This document shows positions 24,268 through 36,493 of a stretch of DNA of 64,000 nt, one piece after another (position 1 is the first letter of the stretch; every line of letters begins with the position of its first letter). A program made the position numbers and the translations under genes. Under the pieces are notes generated by a model. It did no database searches. It was given only the letters and a program-made list of their open reading frames with translations, and was not told where the DNA came from. The DNA is from an uncultured Gemmatimonadaceae bacterium. GTDB taxonomy: Bacteria > Gemmatimonadota > Gemmatimonadetes > Gemmatimonadales > Gemmatimonadaceae. The DNA lies in assembly GCA_963829055.1 (NCBI GenBank), contig CAWHHI010000011.1:1-64000 (forward strand), read 5' to 3'.

Positions 24268-25931
24268 CTACGGCACCGTCACTTCCGTGCCGTTCGCCGG
24301 CCTTGACGGTCGCCGTGGCCTCCTTCTTGGCACGCATTGTCGCCGGCCATGGTGACCACGATCGCATAGTCGCCGGCCGGCAGCGTGGTCTGGTGCATGT
24401 CGGCGTAGGCGTTGCCGAACGGCTTGCGGTTGCCCTGGATGTCCTTCTTGGCGGCGAAGACCTCGATGAAGGAGGCGCCGGCGCGGTGATCGCCAGCACG
24501 CCGGCATCGAGCGGCACGGAAAGCTCCGTGGTCTCGCCGGCCTTCAGGCTGAACGGCGCCTCGGCGGTCGCCTGATCCATCGTCGGCGATCAGCACATAG
24601 TCGCCCGGCGGCAGGTCGTATTTGCTGTCCGGCCCATACCTGGTGCCGAGATCCTCGCGGCTGCCGTCGATCTTCTTCTTGGCCTTGACGACCTGGAACG
24701 CCAGGCCGGCGCGTCGACCTTGTCGCCGCCTGCGGTGTAGTAGGCATTGGCCACGATATGGCCGACGCCGACGATGATGTCCTTCTCGACCGTCTGGCCG
24801 GCGGCGAGCGGGATGGTCTCGGTGACCTCGCCCTCGCCGATCTCGACGGTCACCTTCTGGTCGCCGGCCGGAAGGACGATCTTGGTGTCGCCGTAGGTGG
24901 TCGACGGTCCGCCGTCGCCGGGATAGTCGATCGACGACGGCTGCGCCAGTGTCGATATCGGCGCCCTCGCTCGGCCGCGGATGGATGATCAGCGTGCCGG
25001 CGTTGAGCACGAAGACCGGCTTGTAGACCTGGCCGGCCTCGATCTTGACCAGCTGCTCGGCCTCGGCCTCGCCCATTCGGCGACGACGACGTAGTCGCCC
25101 GGCTCGAGATTGCCCTTGTAGTCGTTGTATTCGGTGGTGATGTTGTCGCCGCGCGTGCCGTCGGACTTGGCCTTGTAGATCTCCCAGGCGTTGCCGTCCC
25201 TGATCGGATCGTCGCCCTCGGCGAGCACGACGCTCGGGATGAAGTTGAATTCGGGCTTCTCCGGCTCGGGCGCCGGAGCAGGCTCCGGTGCGGGCGCAGG
25301 CGCCGGGCGCGACGACCGTCTCGACCAGCGCCTCCTCCAGCGCCTTGGCGTCGTCGGCCTGGATGTACTTGCCGCCGGTGTTGTCGGCGAGGCAGGCGAC
25401 CTGCCGCCCCTCCTCCGCCGTCAGGCCGAAGCCGACGACATGGGCGGTGAAGTCGACGCCGGCCGCCTCCAGTTCCTTGCCGAGCGCGCAAGGGTCGGCG
25501 TTGCAGGTCTCGAGGCCGTCGGTGATCAGGATGACCGTCGCCTTGTCCTCGGTGTATTTGAGCGCTTCGGCGGCCTGCTTGACGGCGTGCGACAGCGGCG
25601 TCTTGCCGAGGAATTTCAGGTTGTCGGCGGCCGTCGAGATGGCGCTCGCCGTGCCGCTGCCGGCGGGACGATCAGCTCGATGTCGTCGCAATTGCCCTTC
25701 TCGCGATGGCCATAGGCCATGAAGCCGAGTTCGAGATCGGCGGGCATCGACTGCAGCACGTTGCGCAGCGACTCGCGGGCGATCTCGAGCTTCGGCCTGC
25801 CGTCGATCTGCGCCCCACATCGAGCCGGAGGCGTCGAGGACGATGATCGCCTTGTCGGCGGCCAGTCGCGGCCGTCGTCGAGAACGAGCAGCATCACCAT
25901 GCCGAGCATGTACCGAACGAGTCGCCGTCAT
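24268..25931 (-). CDS. Secreted vWA-domain protein with C-terminal beta-rich repeats (frameshifted)
   Basis: IIVLDASGSMW (MIDAS), GKTPL, VILITDGLETC, HVVGFG, PAPEPAP linker, repeated LxPGDY motifs. Confidence 0.88.
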
Positions 25932-26069
25932 GAATGTCTCCGCCGCATTCGCACTCGATCGCAGCGTCAAGCTATCGGAGCGCCTCATGGACTGACAACG
26001 CCGGGCGAACAGGCCCAAAAATCGAAGAAAACGCAATGATGCGCTAACATGGCGAGCGGGCGATTCCGC

Positions 26070-27035
26070 TCAATACGTCGTGCGGCGCTCTTCGGAGGGC
26101 GGGCGGCCGAATTGCAGCCGGTAGCTCTGCGCGAAATAGGAGTGCGAGGTGAAGCCGGTGGCGATCGCCACGTCGAGGATCGGCATGTTGGTCTGGCGCA
26201 GCAGCTCGCGCGCCCGCTCGAGCCTGAGCCGCATGTAGTAGCGTCCCGGCGTCATGCTCAGATGGCGCAGGAACAGCCGCTCGACCTGGCGCACCGACAG
26301 CCCGGCCGACTTGGCGAGCTGGACCGCCGAATAGGGTTCGTCGAGATTGTCGGCCATCAGCTCGACGATCTTGCGCAGCTTCTCGGACTTGCCGGTCAGG
26401 TCGCGCTCGGGGCCGACGCGCTGGCGGTCGCCGGCCGAGCGGATGCGCTCGTGCTGGAACTGGTTGGCGACGCGCATTGGCGAGGTTCGGCGCCGAAATC
26501 GCAGCCGCACGATCTCCAGCATCAGGTCGATCGAGGTGGTGCCGCCGGCGCAGGTGTAGCGCTTGCGGTCGATCTCGAAGACGTTGCCGGTGCAGTCGAT
26601 TTCGGGAAAGCGCTCCATGAAGCCGGCGCGGTTTTCCCAGTGGATGGTGCAGCGGTAGCCATCGAGCTGGCCGGCCTCGGCGAGCAGATAGGAGCCGACC
26701 GACAGCGCGCCGAGCTTGCCGCCGCGCCGGCCCCAGCTGCGCAGCGCCGCCAGCACCTTGCTCTTGCCGGGGAATTCGGTGGTCAGCCCGACCGAGACGA
26801 ACAGGATGTCGACCTGCGGAATATCGGCCACGGCGTAGTCGATCTTGAGCGGCAGGCCGTTCGAGGCCATCACCGGATCGCCGTCGGCCGACACCGTCGT
26901 CCAGCCATAGAAGTCGCGGCCGAGCAGCCGGTTCGCCGACCGGAACGTGTCGATCGCGGCGGCGAGCGAGAACATGGAGAATTTGTCGACCAGCAGGAAA
27001 GCGAATTGCCGGCCGCCCTGGATCTGGTCGGACAT
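26070..27035 (-). CDS. GlxA family AraC regulator (DJ-1/PfpI domain + HTH)
   Basis: LAEAGQLDGYRCTIHWE, TCAGGTTSIDLML, LSVRQVERLF, VAIATGFTSHSYF. Confidence 0.93.
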   Translation of the reverse strand: MSDQIQGGRQFAFLLVDKFSMFSLAAAIDTFRSANRLLGRDFYGWTTVSADGDPVMASNGLPLKIDYAVADIPQVDILFVSVGLTTEFPGKSKVLAALRSWGRRGGKLGALSVGSYLLAEAGQLDGYRCTIHWENRAGFMERFPEIDCTGNVFEIDRKRYTCAGGTTSIDLMLEIVRLRFRRRTSPMRVANQFQHERIRSAGDRQRVGPERDLTGKSEKLRKIVELMADNLDEPYSAVQLAKSAGLSVRQVERLFLRHLSMTPGRYYMRLRLERARELLRQTNMPILDVAIATGFTSHSYFAQSYRLQFGRPPSEERRTTY

Positions 27036-27088
27036 GACCGGACCTTCTACAGCAAGGGGAGGCAGGGGAATAGCTGGCCGCGGCGGGG

Positions 27089-28007
27089 TCAAGGACTGGA
27101 TTTGCCTAGAACGACCGGGCGCTTGCGGCCGGCCGCCAGATAGGCCGAGGCAACCGTGTTGGCCATCAGCATGGCGATGGTCATCGGCCCGACGCCGCCC
27201 GGCACCGGGGTGATGGCGCCGGCAAGCTTCACGGCTTCGCCGAAGGCGACGTCGCCGACCAGCCGCGTCTTGCCTTCGCCCTTGTCGGGCGCCGGCACGC
27301 GGTTGATGCCGACGTCGATCACGGTCGCGCCCGGCTTGACCCAATCGCCCCTCACCATTTCCGGGCGGCCGACCGCGGCGACCAGGATGTCGGCGGTGCG
27401 CGCCAGCGCCGGCAGATCCTTCGTGCGGCTGTGCGCGATGGTGACCGTGCAGTTGGCGGCGAGCAGCAGATTGGCCATCGGCTTGCCGACGATGTTGGAG
27501 CGGCCGACGACGACCGCGTTCAAGCCGGAAAGATCCTTGCCGCGGACACGCTCGATCAACAGCATCGAGCCGGCCGGCGTGCATGGCACGAAGGCGGTGT
27601 CGAGCTCGCCGGTGCCGAGCTTGCCGACATTGATGAAATGGAACCCGTCGACGTCCTTTTCCGGCGCGATCGTCTGGATGACGCGGCCGGAATCGATGTG
27701 GGCCGGCAGCGGAAGCTGCACCAGGATGCCGTTGATGGCCGGATCGACGTTGAGCCCGCCGATGATCCGCAGCAGCTCGGCCTCGCTCGTGTCGGCCGGC
27801 AGCGTGTGCTGCAGCGAATGAAAGCCGCACTCCTTGGCCTTGCGCGACTTGGAGGCGACATAGACCTGGCTCGCCGGATCCTCGCCGACGATGACCACCG
27901 CCAGGCCGGGTTGCCTGCGCTCCCGAGCCCAGCAGATCCTCGCTCAGCGCCTTGACCGCGGCGACGACTTCGTCGCCCACGGCCTTTCCATCGATGATTT
28001 CAGTCAT
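27089..28007 (-). CDS. folD: Bifunctional methylene-THF dehydrogenase/cyclohydrolase (frameshift near 5' end)
   Basis: [58 protein letters not shown]. Confidence 0.96.
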
Positions 28008-28123
28008 TGCCTGCCCTTGGCCGTCTTGAGCTTCGGGCGGCATTTTCACGAAAATGGGGCGGCGCAATCCCGTCACAGCGCCGTCCGGTGCCGTAAACTC
28101 GCAACCGCAGGCCAATTCGCCCG

Positions 28124-30951
28124 TCAAAATGACCGGCGGGCGCGGCTTTCCGTGAGATCGCGGATCGCGTCGCGGAATTCGCGCAGGCTTTCGCGCACCT
28201 CCTCGATCGGTGACATTTCCCGCGACTGCGACATGTCGGAAGAGACTGCCGATCGTGCCTCCGGCGTGGCTGCATAGTCCGGCCGGAACGCCTGCGGATA
28301 GCTCGCGGCAGGAGCTTGCGGAGCCTGCATCGGGTAGCCCGGGTAAGGCGGCACGAACTGCTGCGGGCGGCCATAGGCGTCGAGCGCCACCGGCTGCGGC
28401 TGCCAGGCGTGGAAGGCCGGCTGCGGCGGATAGGGATAGGCCATGTGCTGCGGCGCAAAGTGCGCCGGATACTGCGGCAGCTGTGCGTATTGCGGCGGAT
28501 AAGCGGCCGGCTGCGGCTGCTGGAACTGCGGCTGCGGCGTCGCCGCATAGGGATAGGAGGCTTGCGGATAGGCGGGCGACTGCGGCGGATAGGGATACAT
28601 GGCGAGTGCTTCCTGGTTGGCCCGGAGGTGATCGTCCGGGACGGTTCGACGGGTGTGGGTGGGGCGCGCCGTTTCGGGCGCGATGGTCCTCGCTGCGGGA
28701 CTCGGCAGCGTCGGCAAGGTCGGCTGAATCGGGTTTGCGGATACGCTCCATAAGCCGGGCCAAGGGGTTCATGTCGGTCTCCCGCGGCTCGGCCGCTTCG
28801 GCGTGTGTCGATGTGGTTTCGGGTCCGGCTTCGCTTCGCTGCCGTCATCGTTTCAGCCGGCTCGATCGTTTCGGCCGGCTGCAGATCCGCCAGGCTGCCG
28901 GCTGGCGCTGCCCCGGCAACGCCCCTGAAGCGGCGGCGGGCGCGCGCGCTTTCGCGCAGGCTCGACAGCACGCCGCGCGCCATCCCGATGCCGACCCCGG
29001 CGAAAAAGCCCAGGATCATTCCGGCCAGGCTGATCATGGCGCGCGACGGGCCGCTGGTGGTGATCGGCGGATAGGCCGGTGAGATCACGCTCATATTGGC
29101 GGTGTTGATGTCGCGCTGCTCGCCGGTTTCCTTGGCCCGCAGCAGATAGGCTTCGTAGATGGTCCGCTTGGCGGCGGCCTCGCGTTCGAGCTCGCGCAGC
29201 GTCACCAGGTCGACATTGACGTCGCCCGATCGGACCTTGAGCTGGGCCAGCCGGGCGGCGAGGTCCTGCTCCTGCTGCACGGCGCGCTTCAATTCGGTCT
29301 GCACCGAGGCAACGATGCGCTTCAGCTCGTTGGCGATCTGCTCGCGGGCGCCCGCCAGCTGGGCCTGCATGGCAAGGTATTGCGGATGGCGCGGTCCGAC
29401 CCGGACCGAAAGCTGGTCCGCTTCCTGCTTCGTCGCGGCGTATTGCGAGCGCAGCCCGGACATCACGTTCGAGGCGAGCTCCTCCGGCAGCCCGCCGCCG
29501 AGCACCGCGTCGACATTGATCGACCGGGTCGACACGGCACGCGCGTTGAGTTCGATCGTGCGGGCGCGGGCGATCGAGAGCTGCTCGTTGAGCTTGACCA
29601 GCTCGTCGTCGGAGATCAGCTTGCCCTGCGCATCGACGAGATCGTGCTCGGCCCGGTATTTCTCGACCTTGCGCTCGGCCGTGTCGAGGCCGGCGCGCAA
29701 CTCGTCGAGTCGCGACAGCAATTCGTCCGTGGCGCGGCCGGCCGTGTTGGACTGCAGCTCGCCATAGGCCTGGAAGAACACCTCGATCAGCGTGTTGGCG
29801 ATCAGCGCGGATTTCTCGGGCTCTTCGGTGGTGGCGCCGATCGACACGACGAAGGTCTTGCCGCCGCGCTCGACAAACAGGCTTTCGGCGAGATTGTTGA
29901 AGGCAAGCGCCCAGCGAATATCGCCGCCGCTACCGCTTTTTCCGAATGAAAGCAGCGCGCGCAAATTGGAAAAGAAGCTGCCGATGCCGCCCGGACGCTG
30001 GCCGTTGAACTCGCTGTCGTCGGCCAGCTTCAGCTTCTCGACCACCTTGTTGAGGACAGTCCCCGAGGTCAGCATGCGGACCTGGTTCTCGACGATCGCC
30101 AGCGTCGCGTCGTTCGGCAGGCCCGTCTGGGTGAGATCGCGATCCGTCAGCTTCAGGTCGCGCGGATCGATCAGCAGTTCGGCGACCGCTTCGTATTTCT
30201 TCGGCGTCGTGATCGCGACCCCGACGCCGATCAGCGCACCGATGATGGTCGTCGCGAGGATCAGGCGCCTGGAGCCGGCGACGCCGCCGATGACGCTGAG
30301 CGGATCGACAAGGGGGCGCCATCCGTCGTCATCGTTGGCGTCCGGTTCGAGCACATGGCGGCGCTCGTCCCTCGGCTCATCCTGTCGCGGATCCTGCGCG
30401 GACGGCGACTGTCGTTCGATCCCGTCAGGTTCGGCGAGCACCGCCGTGCGGTCGGGATTCCGCCGCGCAAACCAGTTGGCGACTTGCGGTTCCTCCGCTG
30501 TCTCGTCGACCGCTTCGGACGAGGCCGACTCCGGCTCGGGCGGCGCAGGAACCGGCGCGACGTCCGCGCCCGTGCTTGAAAACCAGCCGGGCTTTTGGGT
30601 CTCCTGCGCCGACTCGTCGGGCTTTGCGGGCTGGGCTTTTCGCGAAAGCAGATTGCGCAAGCTCCAGCGCGACTGCTTCGGTTCGGCGACCGGCTCGGCG
30701 CGCTGGACTGGTCCGACCGGCTCGGCGCTGACATCCTCCACCGAGGCAAGTTGCGCACCGGAGAGGCCGGACTCTGCTTCGCGCCGCGATCGCGCCAGGC
30801 GGTGGCGCGTCAGGGGATCGTTCTCGTTGGTCGCGGAAATCGCCGAAAGGATCGAACCGCCGCCACGCGCCTCGGCCGGGCCCGTCGCAGACGTGCGCAG
30901 CGAAAGCAGCGACTGCTTCCTTACGTCCTGGTCGCTGTCGTCTTCGAACAT
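28124..30951 (-). CDS. GumC/Wzz-Wzc polysaccharide co-polymerase with long low-complexity N- and C-termini (frameshifts near 28700-28800)
   Basis: TM, PKKYEAVAELLIDP, VENQVRMLTSG, coiled coil with GPRHP, second TM; P/Q/Y-rich tail; no Walker A kinase domain seen. Confidence 0.85.
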
Positions 30952-31003
30952 GCGGCGGGCGGGCCTTCGCGCGATTTCAAGGTCTATCCGGAGGGGTCAT
31001 TCG

Positions 31004-31018
31004 TTAACTCACGCTAAA
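31004..31018. promoter_or_regulatory. CtrA-like box (TTAA-N7-TAAA)
   Basis: TTAACTCACGCTAAA in the divergent gumC/flippase promoter; one mismatch to TTAA-N7-TTAA. Confidence 0.45.
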
Positions 31019-31164
31019 CAGGCATGGGAAACAAACCGTTAATTTTCGGGGGATCGAGCCTAATTCGTCGGGTCGCCACTGGCGGCGTTTTCACCCGACC
31101 GTGCCGGCTGCGAGGTGCCGTTCAAACGGGGCGTTAAGCTTTGCGGCGTAAGCAGAATCCGGCG

Positions 31165-32465
31165 ATGTCTGAGATCAGCGACACATTCCGCGCCGGGCGG
31201 CTGTCCAGGCTCCAGGATTTCCTGGCGCAGCGGCGCGGCGTGCTGAAGGATTATTTCTCGGCGATCAGCGGTTCCGGCGGGCGGCTGGTGTTTTCGCTGA
31301 TCTATTTCATCGCGCTCGCCAATGCGCTGTCGATTGCCGGATTTCGGACTGTTCGCGACCGCCTCGGCGGCCGGCGTCATGCTGTCGCGCATTCTGGCCT
31401 TCGGCTTCGTTTCGTCGGTCTACCGCATCGCAACGGTCAGGCCGCGCCTGATCGGGGTGTTCACCGCCGGCTTCCTGCTGCTGGCGGCCTTGTCGCTGCC
31501 GGCGCTTGGCGCTCGCGTCGTGGGCGATCTTCGCAATCTTCTTTGCCGACACCATGCCGGCCACGGCATTTGTGATCGTGATCGTCGCCGAAGCGCTGCT
31601 GTGGCGGCCGGTCGAGCTGGTCATCATCGTCAACAACGGCATGGGCAGGTTCGGCCGCGCTTCGACTGCTGGCCATCCTCAGCGCGGCGATCCGCGCCGC
31701 GGCCGCCGTCACCTTCGTCGCGATGCCGGCCGGCGGCCTTGCCGGATGGACGATGCTCTATCTCGCCGCCAACGCGGCGTCGCTGATCGTGGCCGTGCTG
31801 TTCTACTATCCTCGGCAAAGACTGCTGCTGAAGACCGGCTCTACTTCAAACGGCTGCCGGACGCGCTCTATGTGGCCGGCGCCGAAGTGCTGTTCTACCT
31901 GCAGATGGAACTCGACAAATTGCTGGTGCTGGCACTTGGCGGAGCCGCAGCTCGCCGGCATCTACGCCATCGTCATGCGCCTCGTCGACCTGACCGCGAT
32001 CCCGATCCGCGCCTTCACGATGATGCTGGTGCAAAAGATGATGCGGGCGCCGGAAATACTGGCGCGTCTCAGCGTCCGCGCCGGCGTCGAGGGCGCGATC
32101 TTCGCCGTGTCGACGCTGGCCCTGCTCAGCCTGGCGATACTGCTGCATTTCTTCCCGGGTGCGCTCGGACGCAACGTCGCCGAAGCCGCGCCGCTGGTCG
32201 TGCTGGCGATCCTGCGTGCCGGGACTGCGCAATCTGGTGGAATACCAGGCAGAGCTGCTGTTCGGCCGCGGCCTGATGCTGATCCGCGCCGTCAACCTGG
32301 CGCTGCTCGCCGGGGTCAAGGCGGTGCTGCTGGCATGGCTGCTCGGCCGGGTCGGCAGACACGCACGATCTGGTGCTGGCCCTGAACGGGGTCTTTGCGG
32401 CGATCTACCTCGCCTCGGCCCTGCTCAGCTACAGCGCGTTGCGCCTGCCGCCGAAGGCGGTATGA
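31165..32465 (+). CDS. Wzx-like polysaccharide flippase (frameshifted)
   Basis: Multi-TM; GRLVFSLIYFIALANAL, FYLQMELDKLLVL, AGIYAIVMRLVDLTAIP; in a polysaccharide locus. Confidence 0.8.
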
Positions 32466-32493
32466 CGCGGTCTGCCGCGCCGGGCGTTCGCCG

Positions 32494-33412
32494 TCACGCT
32501 CCGAGCAGACGGCGAATGCTCGAGACATCGGTGCCGATGAAGGACTGCATGCCGATCGCCACCTGCTCGGGCTTCGTCTCGGCAATGAAGGCGCTGATTT
32601 CGTCATCGGAGTGCGGCTTGCCGAACCACTGCACATGGCAGAATTCCTCGGAGCCGTGGAAGTGGCCCGCGCCGCCGATGATCTCGTCGACGAAGCGGCC
32701 ATACATGATGCATTCCGAGAACTTGCGCGTCGAGGCGACCGCTTCGACCCAATGCTTCGAATGCACTTCCTCGATGCGGCGGCACATCGCCTGCACCGTT
32801 TCGCGCCGCCAGGCTATCAGCGTCGCAATGTAGTCGTGCGGCGACCGCAGCATGGGCGCGATGCCAAGCGCCGTCCCGGCATTCTCAGACCAGATCTTCT
32901 GGTCACTGAGCGCCTCGGCGATACCCTCGTCACGGCGGAACAGCCGTACCAGGCCGTCGCGCCGGAAGACGCGGCAATCGAACGGCTTGATGAAGGCGAC
33001 GTCGGAATCGCAATAGACCAGGGCGCTCTGGCCGACATGCGCCGGCGATCGCGATGCGCCGGAGCTGCTGCACATGCCAGCCGCGCAGCGGCTGCGTCTT
33101 CAGGCTGAGCCATATCCGCCGTCTGAACAGGCTGAGCGGATCGTCGTAGGGGTGCAGCCAGCCAGGCAGCAGATCGCGCTCGCTGACGATGGTGCGGTCA
33201 CGCGTCTGCAACTGGCGAAACAGCGCGAGGTCGCGCTGCTCGACCAGAATGTAGTGGTGCGACGCGCCACTCACGAACCGGTCGATTGTTTCGCACAGCA
33301 GCCGGCAGCGTTCGAAATCCGGCGCGTAGCTTGCCGTGACGATCGCCGTCGTCCCGTCATCGGCGAGAAGCTCGGGCGCGCGGTCGGAATGCGGCACGAA
33401 GCGGCTGTTCAC
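32494..33412 (-). CDS. DUF6492-like putative glycosyltransferase (frameshift)
   Basis: VTASYAPDFERCRLLCETID, GWHVQQLRRIA, DxD motif YCDSDVAF, FSECIMYG. Confidence 0.7.
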
Positions 33413-34203
33413 GGGCGGCTTTCCCTGACCGGGCCGCGCATGATCCACTGGCGCAGCACGCGCGCCAGGAAGACCGGGTTGCCGACGATGTAGCGGCGCC
33501 ACAGCCGGCCGGGTTCGGTGATCAGCCGGAACAGCCATTCGAGCCGCAGACGGCGGATGATCAGCGGCGCGCGCGGAATGGCGCCGCTCATGAAATCGAG
33601 CAGCGCGCCGACCGCCATCGGCACGGTGCAATGGCTCGATGTGATGTTCTTGGCGATCCAGAGTTCCTGGCGCGGCACGCCCATGGCGACCAGCAGGACG
33701 TCGGGCCGCAGCCTCTCGATGCGCTGCAGGATCAGCGGCTCTTCTGCCGGGCCGAAATAGCCGTCATGCGACCACGACGAAATTGTGCTGCGGCGCCATC
33801 TCGCTTGAATTTCTCGGCCGCCGCTTCGGCATTGGCGCGCTTGGCGCCGAGCAGGGCGATCGTCAGCGGCCGCGGCTCGGCAGCGAGGAAGGCCGGGATG
33901 AAATCGGTGCCGTTGAGATTGGCCGGAAAGGTCTCGCCGTAGAGCAGCTTGGCCGCGATGTCGACGCCGATCCCGTCGGCCAGGATGAGAAAATCGCGCA
34001 GCGCCTCGGCAAACTGCGGCTCGGCAAAGGCGACGTTGGCATTGTGCGCATTGAGAAAGCCGACCTTGGTGAAGCGGCGCTCGGCGATGAAGCCGCGCAG
34101 CAGCGCGATCGCTGTCTCCAGGTCGATGCTGGCGACCGTGATGCCGAGTATTTCCTTCCATGCGGGAACACCGGGCGTGCGGGCGAAGCGCATGCATGTT
34201 CAT
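33409..34203 (-). CDS. WecB/TagA/CpsF family glycosyltransferase (frameshifted)
   Basis: FLNAHNAN, LADGIGV, NLNGTDF, HDGYF, VAMGVPRQELWI, VGALLDF, RAP, LEWLFRL..EP.RLWRRY. Confidence 0.92.
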   Translation of the reverse strand: MNMHALRPHARCSRMEGNTRHHGRQHRPGDSDRAAARLHRRAPLHQGRLSQCAQCQRRLCRAAVCRGAARFSHPGRRDRRRHRGQAALRRDLSGQSQRHRFHPGLPRCRAAAADDRPARRQARQCRSGGREIQARWRRSTISSWSHDGYFGPAEEPLILQRIERLRPDVLLVAMGVPRQELWIAKNITSSHCTVPMAVGALLDFMSGAIPRAPLIIRRLRLEWLFRLITEPGRLWRRYIVGNPVFLARVLRQWIMRGPVRESRP

Positions 34204-35375
34204 GCGTGTGCCCTTTCGCCCTGGTAGCCCAGCGCGCGCAAGCCGAGCCGCAGCTGACGGTCGAGCGCCTGGCGCTGGTCGCTGCGAAAGCGTCCGGCCT
34301 CGATGTCCCTTGCACCGAGTGCTGCCTCGCGCAGCGCGCGGCGAACTCGACCGGCTCGTCGGCGATGATGCAGTTTGCCGGAGGCGTCCCGATCCCGCGC
34401 AGCGAGCGCGAGGTCGCAACGGCCGGCAGGCCGAGCTCGAAGGTCTCGATGGTCTTCAGCTGGACGCCGCTGCCGGCGCGGCTGACCAGCGCGACGACGC
34501 GGCCGCTGCAGCACGAACTCGATCGCATCGTCAACGCGACCGACAAAGCTGACGCCGGGATGGGCGCTGCCGATGCCGGACGGTACCTTGCCGGCAATGG
34601 CGATGCGGAACTCATCCGGCAGATGCGGCACGACTTTCTCGAGAAACCACTCGAGGCCGATGCGGTTCGGCTGCCACGTCCAGGTGCCGATCAGCGCCGC
34701 GTCATAGGTCGGGCTGCGGTTCGCCGGCAGGCCACGCGGATCGAGGCCGGCGTCACAAGCGGCAAGCGCTGCCGACTTGCCCGGCGTGTCGACGCCGAGT
34801 GCGGCACGGTCTTCGTCGGCCAGCGTGAAGACGAATGCGGCCTTGTCGCACAGGCGCCGCTCGATGCGCTCGAGCAGCCGCGCCTCGCGGCGGAAGAGGT
34901 ATTTCTGGAAGCGGCCCGCGCGCCGCAGCGGCGTTCTCCTCGGCCGAGCGGAATTCGACATTGTGCGCGACGAAGATGGACGGCTTGATCGTCGAACAGG
35001 CCTTCGAACGCGCCGGCGAACTGGACCGAGTTGAGGACGTAGCCGTCGAACGGCCCGATGGCCTCAATGCGGCGCGCAGCCGGTCGCGGCTGACGGCGCG
35101 AAGCTTCACCGACGAGAAGGTGACGCCCTCGAACACGGCGCGCGCCAGCCAGGCCAGCTTCTGCAGCGCCGAGGCACTGTCGGTGCGCACGTCCACCGAA
35201 CCGAGCACGACGGTGTGGTCGGGATCGCCGGCGCCTTGCCCGGCCAGGTGAAGCCGAGCACGGTGACGCGGATGCCGGCACGGCGCAACGCGTCGATGAT
35301 CGCGGCGTTGGCGATCTCGTAGCCGGTCGCGGGCGCCCCGTCCGGCACGATCGATGTCGCGAAAACCAGATGCAT
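34200..35375 (-). CDS. GT4-like glycosyltransferase (frameshifted)
   Basis: ATGYEIANAAI, FVAHNVE, IGTWTWQPNRIGLEWFL, GSGVQLKTIETFELGLPAVAT. Confidence 0.82.
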
Positions 35376-35495
35376 CTCACCTGTCCTGCGCCTCGCGGGA
35401 TAGCAAAGCGCGGTGAAGTGTTGCTAAGCGCAGCCCCTCGGCGCGCCACGCTAGGCAGCCGGAGGGCTGCGGCGCAGCACGAAGCGCGGACCTGC

Positions 35496-35510
35496 TTAAC
35501 AGCCGGTCAA
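35496..35510. promoter_or_regulatory. CtrA-like box (TTAA-N7-TCAA)
   Basis: TTAACAGCCGGTCAA upstream of the GT4-WecB operon. Confidence 0.4.
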
Positions 35511-35617
35511 TGCCGGCATTCAAATTGGGAGCAATCTGCCCAGGCCGGGCGGCGGGACCCTCAGGCGGCGGTTCGCACCTGACCCGGGCGGCATCCGCCA
35601 GAAATGCAGATCGGGAT

Positions 35618-36170
35618 TGGCCGCTCGCCGGCAGCTTCGACATGATTGCCGCAGGCATCTTCCTGGTCGATGCGATCGGACGCATCATTCACGCGCAATG
35701 CCAGCGGCCATATGATGGTAGCGAGGCCAACGTCCTGCGCGCGGCGAACGGCAAGCTCGGGATAATCGACTCCAACAGGCCGACCAGGCACTGCGCGACA
35801 GTTTCATCGCGGCGGCAGGCGGTGACGCGGCGCTTGGCCGCAAGGGCATCGCCGTGCCGCTTCGGGCGCGCAACGGCGAGCGCTACGTTGCGCACATACT
35901 GCCGCTGACCTCGGGGGCACGGCGCAAGGCGGGCATGTCCTATTCGGCGGTAGCGAGCGTATTCGTGCGCAGGGATGTGCTCGATCCGCCGTCGGCCGCC
36001 GGAAGTGAAGGCCGAGCAGTGTTCAATTGACTGCCGCGTACCAGCGCGTACTGTCGGCAAAATCACGATCGGCGGAGTGCCCGAGGTCGCCGAGAACGCT
36101 GGGATCGCCGAAACAACGTAAGATTCCACGTGCGGCAGCTCCTCGAAAAACTGGACCAGCGCCAACGATC
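35618..36170 (+). pseudogene. PAS + LuxR-HTH regulator, decayed C-terminal fragment
   Basis: AGIFLVDAIGRIIHA, ERYVAHILPLTSGARR, LTAA..RVL, GVPEVAE..GIAETT..HVRQLLEK in shifting frames; no N-terminus. Confidence 0.65.
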
Positions 36171-36202
36171 AGTTCCTTGGCCATGCGATCACCCTTCGCC
36201 TT

Positions 36203-36412
36203 CTACCAATCCCAGCCAGCCTGCCTGAACAGAGACTTCAGCGTGCCGATCGGAAACTCCCGAACACCGGTGTCGACCGTAACCCTGCCGGGCTTGGTCG
36301 GGTGCGTGTACTGGAGATGATCGCCAGGGCCTTTGCGCTTCACGCGCCAGCCTTCCGCCTCCAGCCGCCTTATGACCTCGCGAGGCGTCATGGGCTTGTG
36401 TTTCGGCGCCAT
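36203..36412 (-). CDS. hicA: HicA family toxin
   Basis: 69 aa; REVIRRLEAEGW...GDHLQYTHPTKPGRVTV...IGTLKSLFRQAG with the conserved His. Confidence 0.88.
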   Translation of the reverse strand: MAPKHKPMTPREVIRRLEAEGWRVKRKGPGDHLQYTHPTKPGRVTVDTGVREFPIGTLKSLFRQAGWDW

Positions 36413-36446
36413 CCGTCACCCGCTGTTGTGACAGTCTATCTATGTC

Positions 36447-36464
36447 TTACACAACGTTGTGTAA
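36447..36464. promoter_or_regulatory. Perfect 18-bp palindrome upstream of hicA (putative HicB operator)
   Basis: TTACACAACGTTGTGTAA equals its own reverse complement. Confidence 0.6.
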
Positions 36465-36493
36465 AGACGCACAGATGTCCATGGCCGTCAGGC

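Noticed and set aside
26070..28772. 900-aa ORF apparently fusing FolD-region sequence to the GlxA regulator
   Set aside because: It is read-through of an alternative GC-rich frame; the genuine genes are gumC, folD and the regulator starting at 27035.
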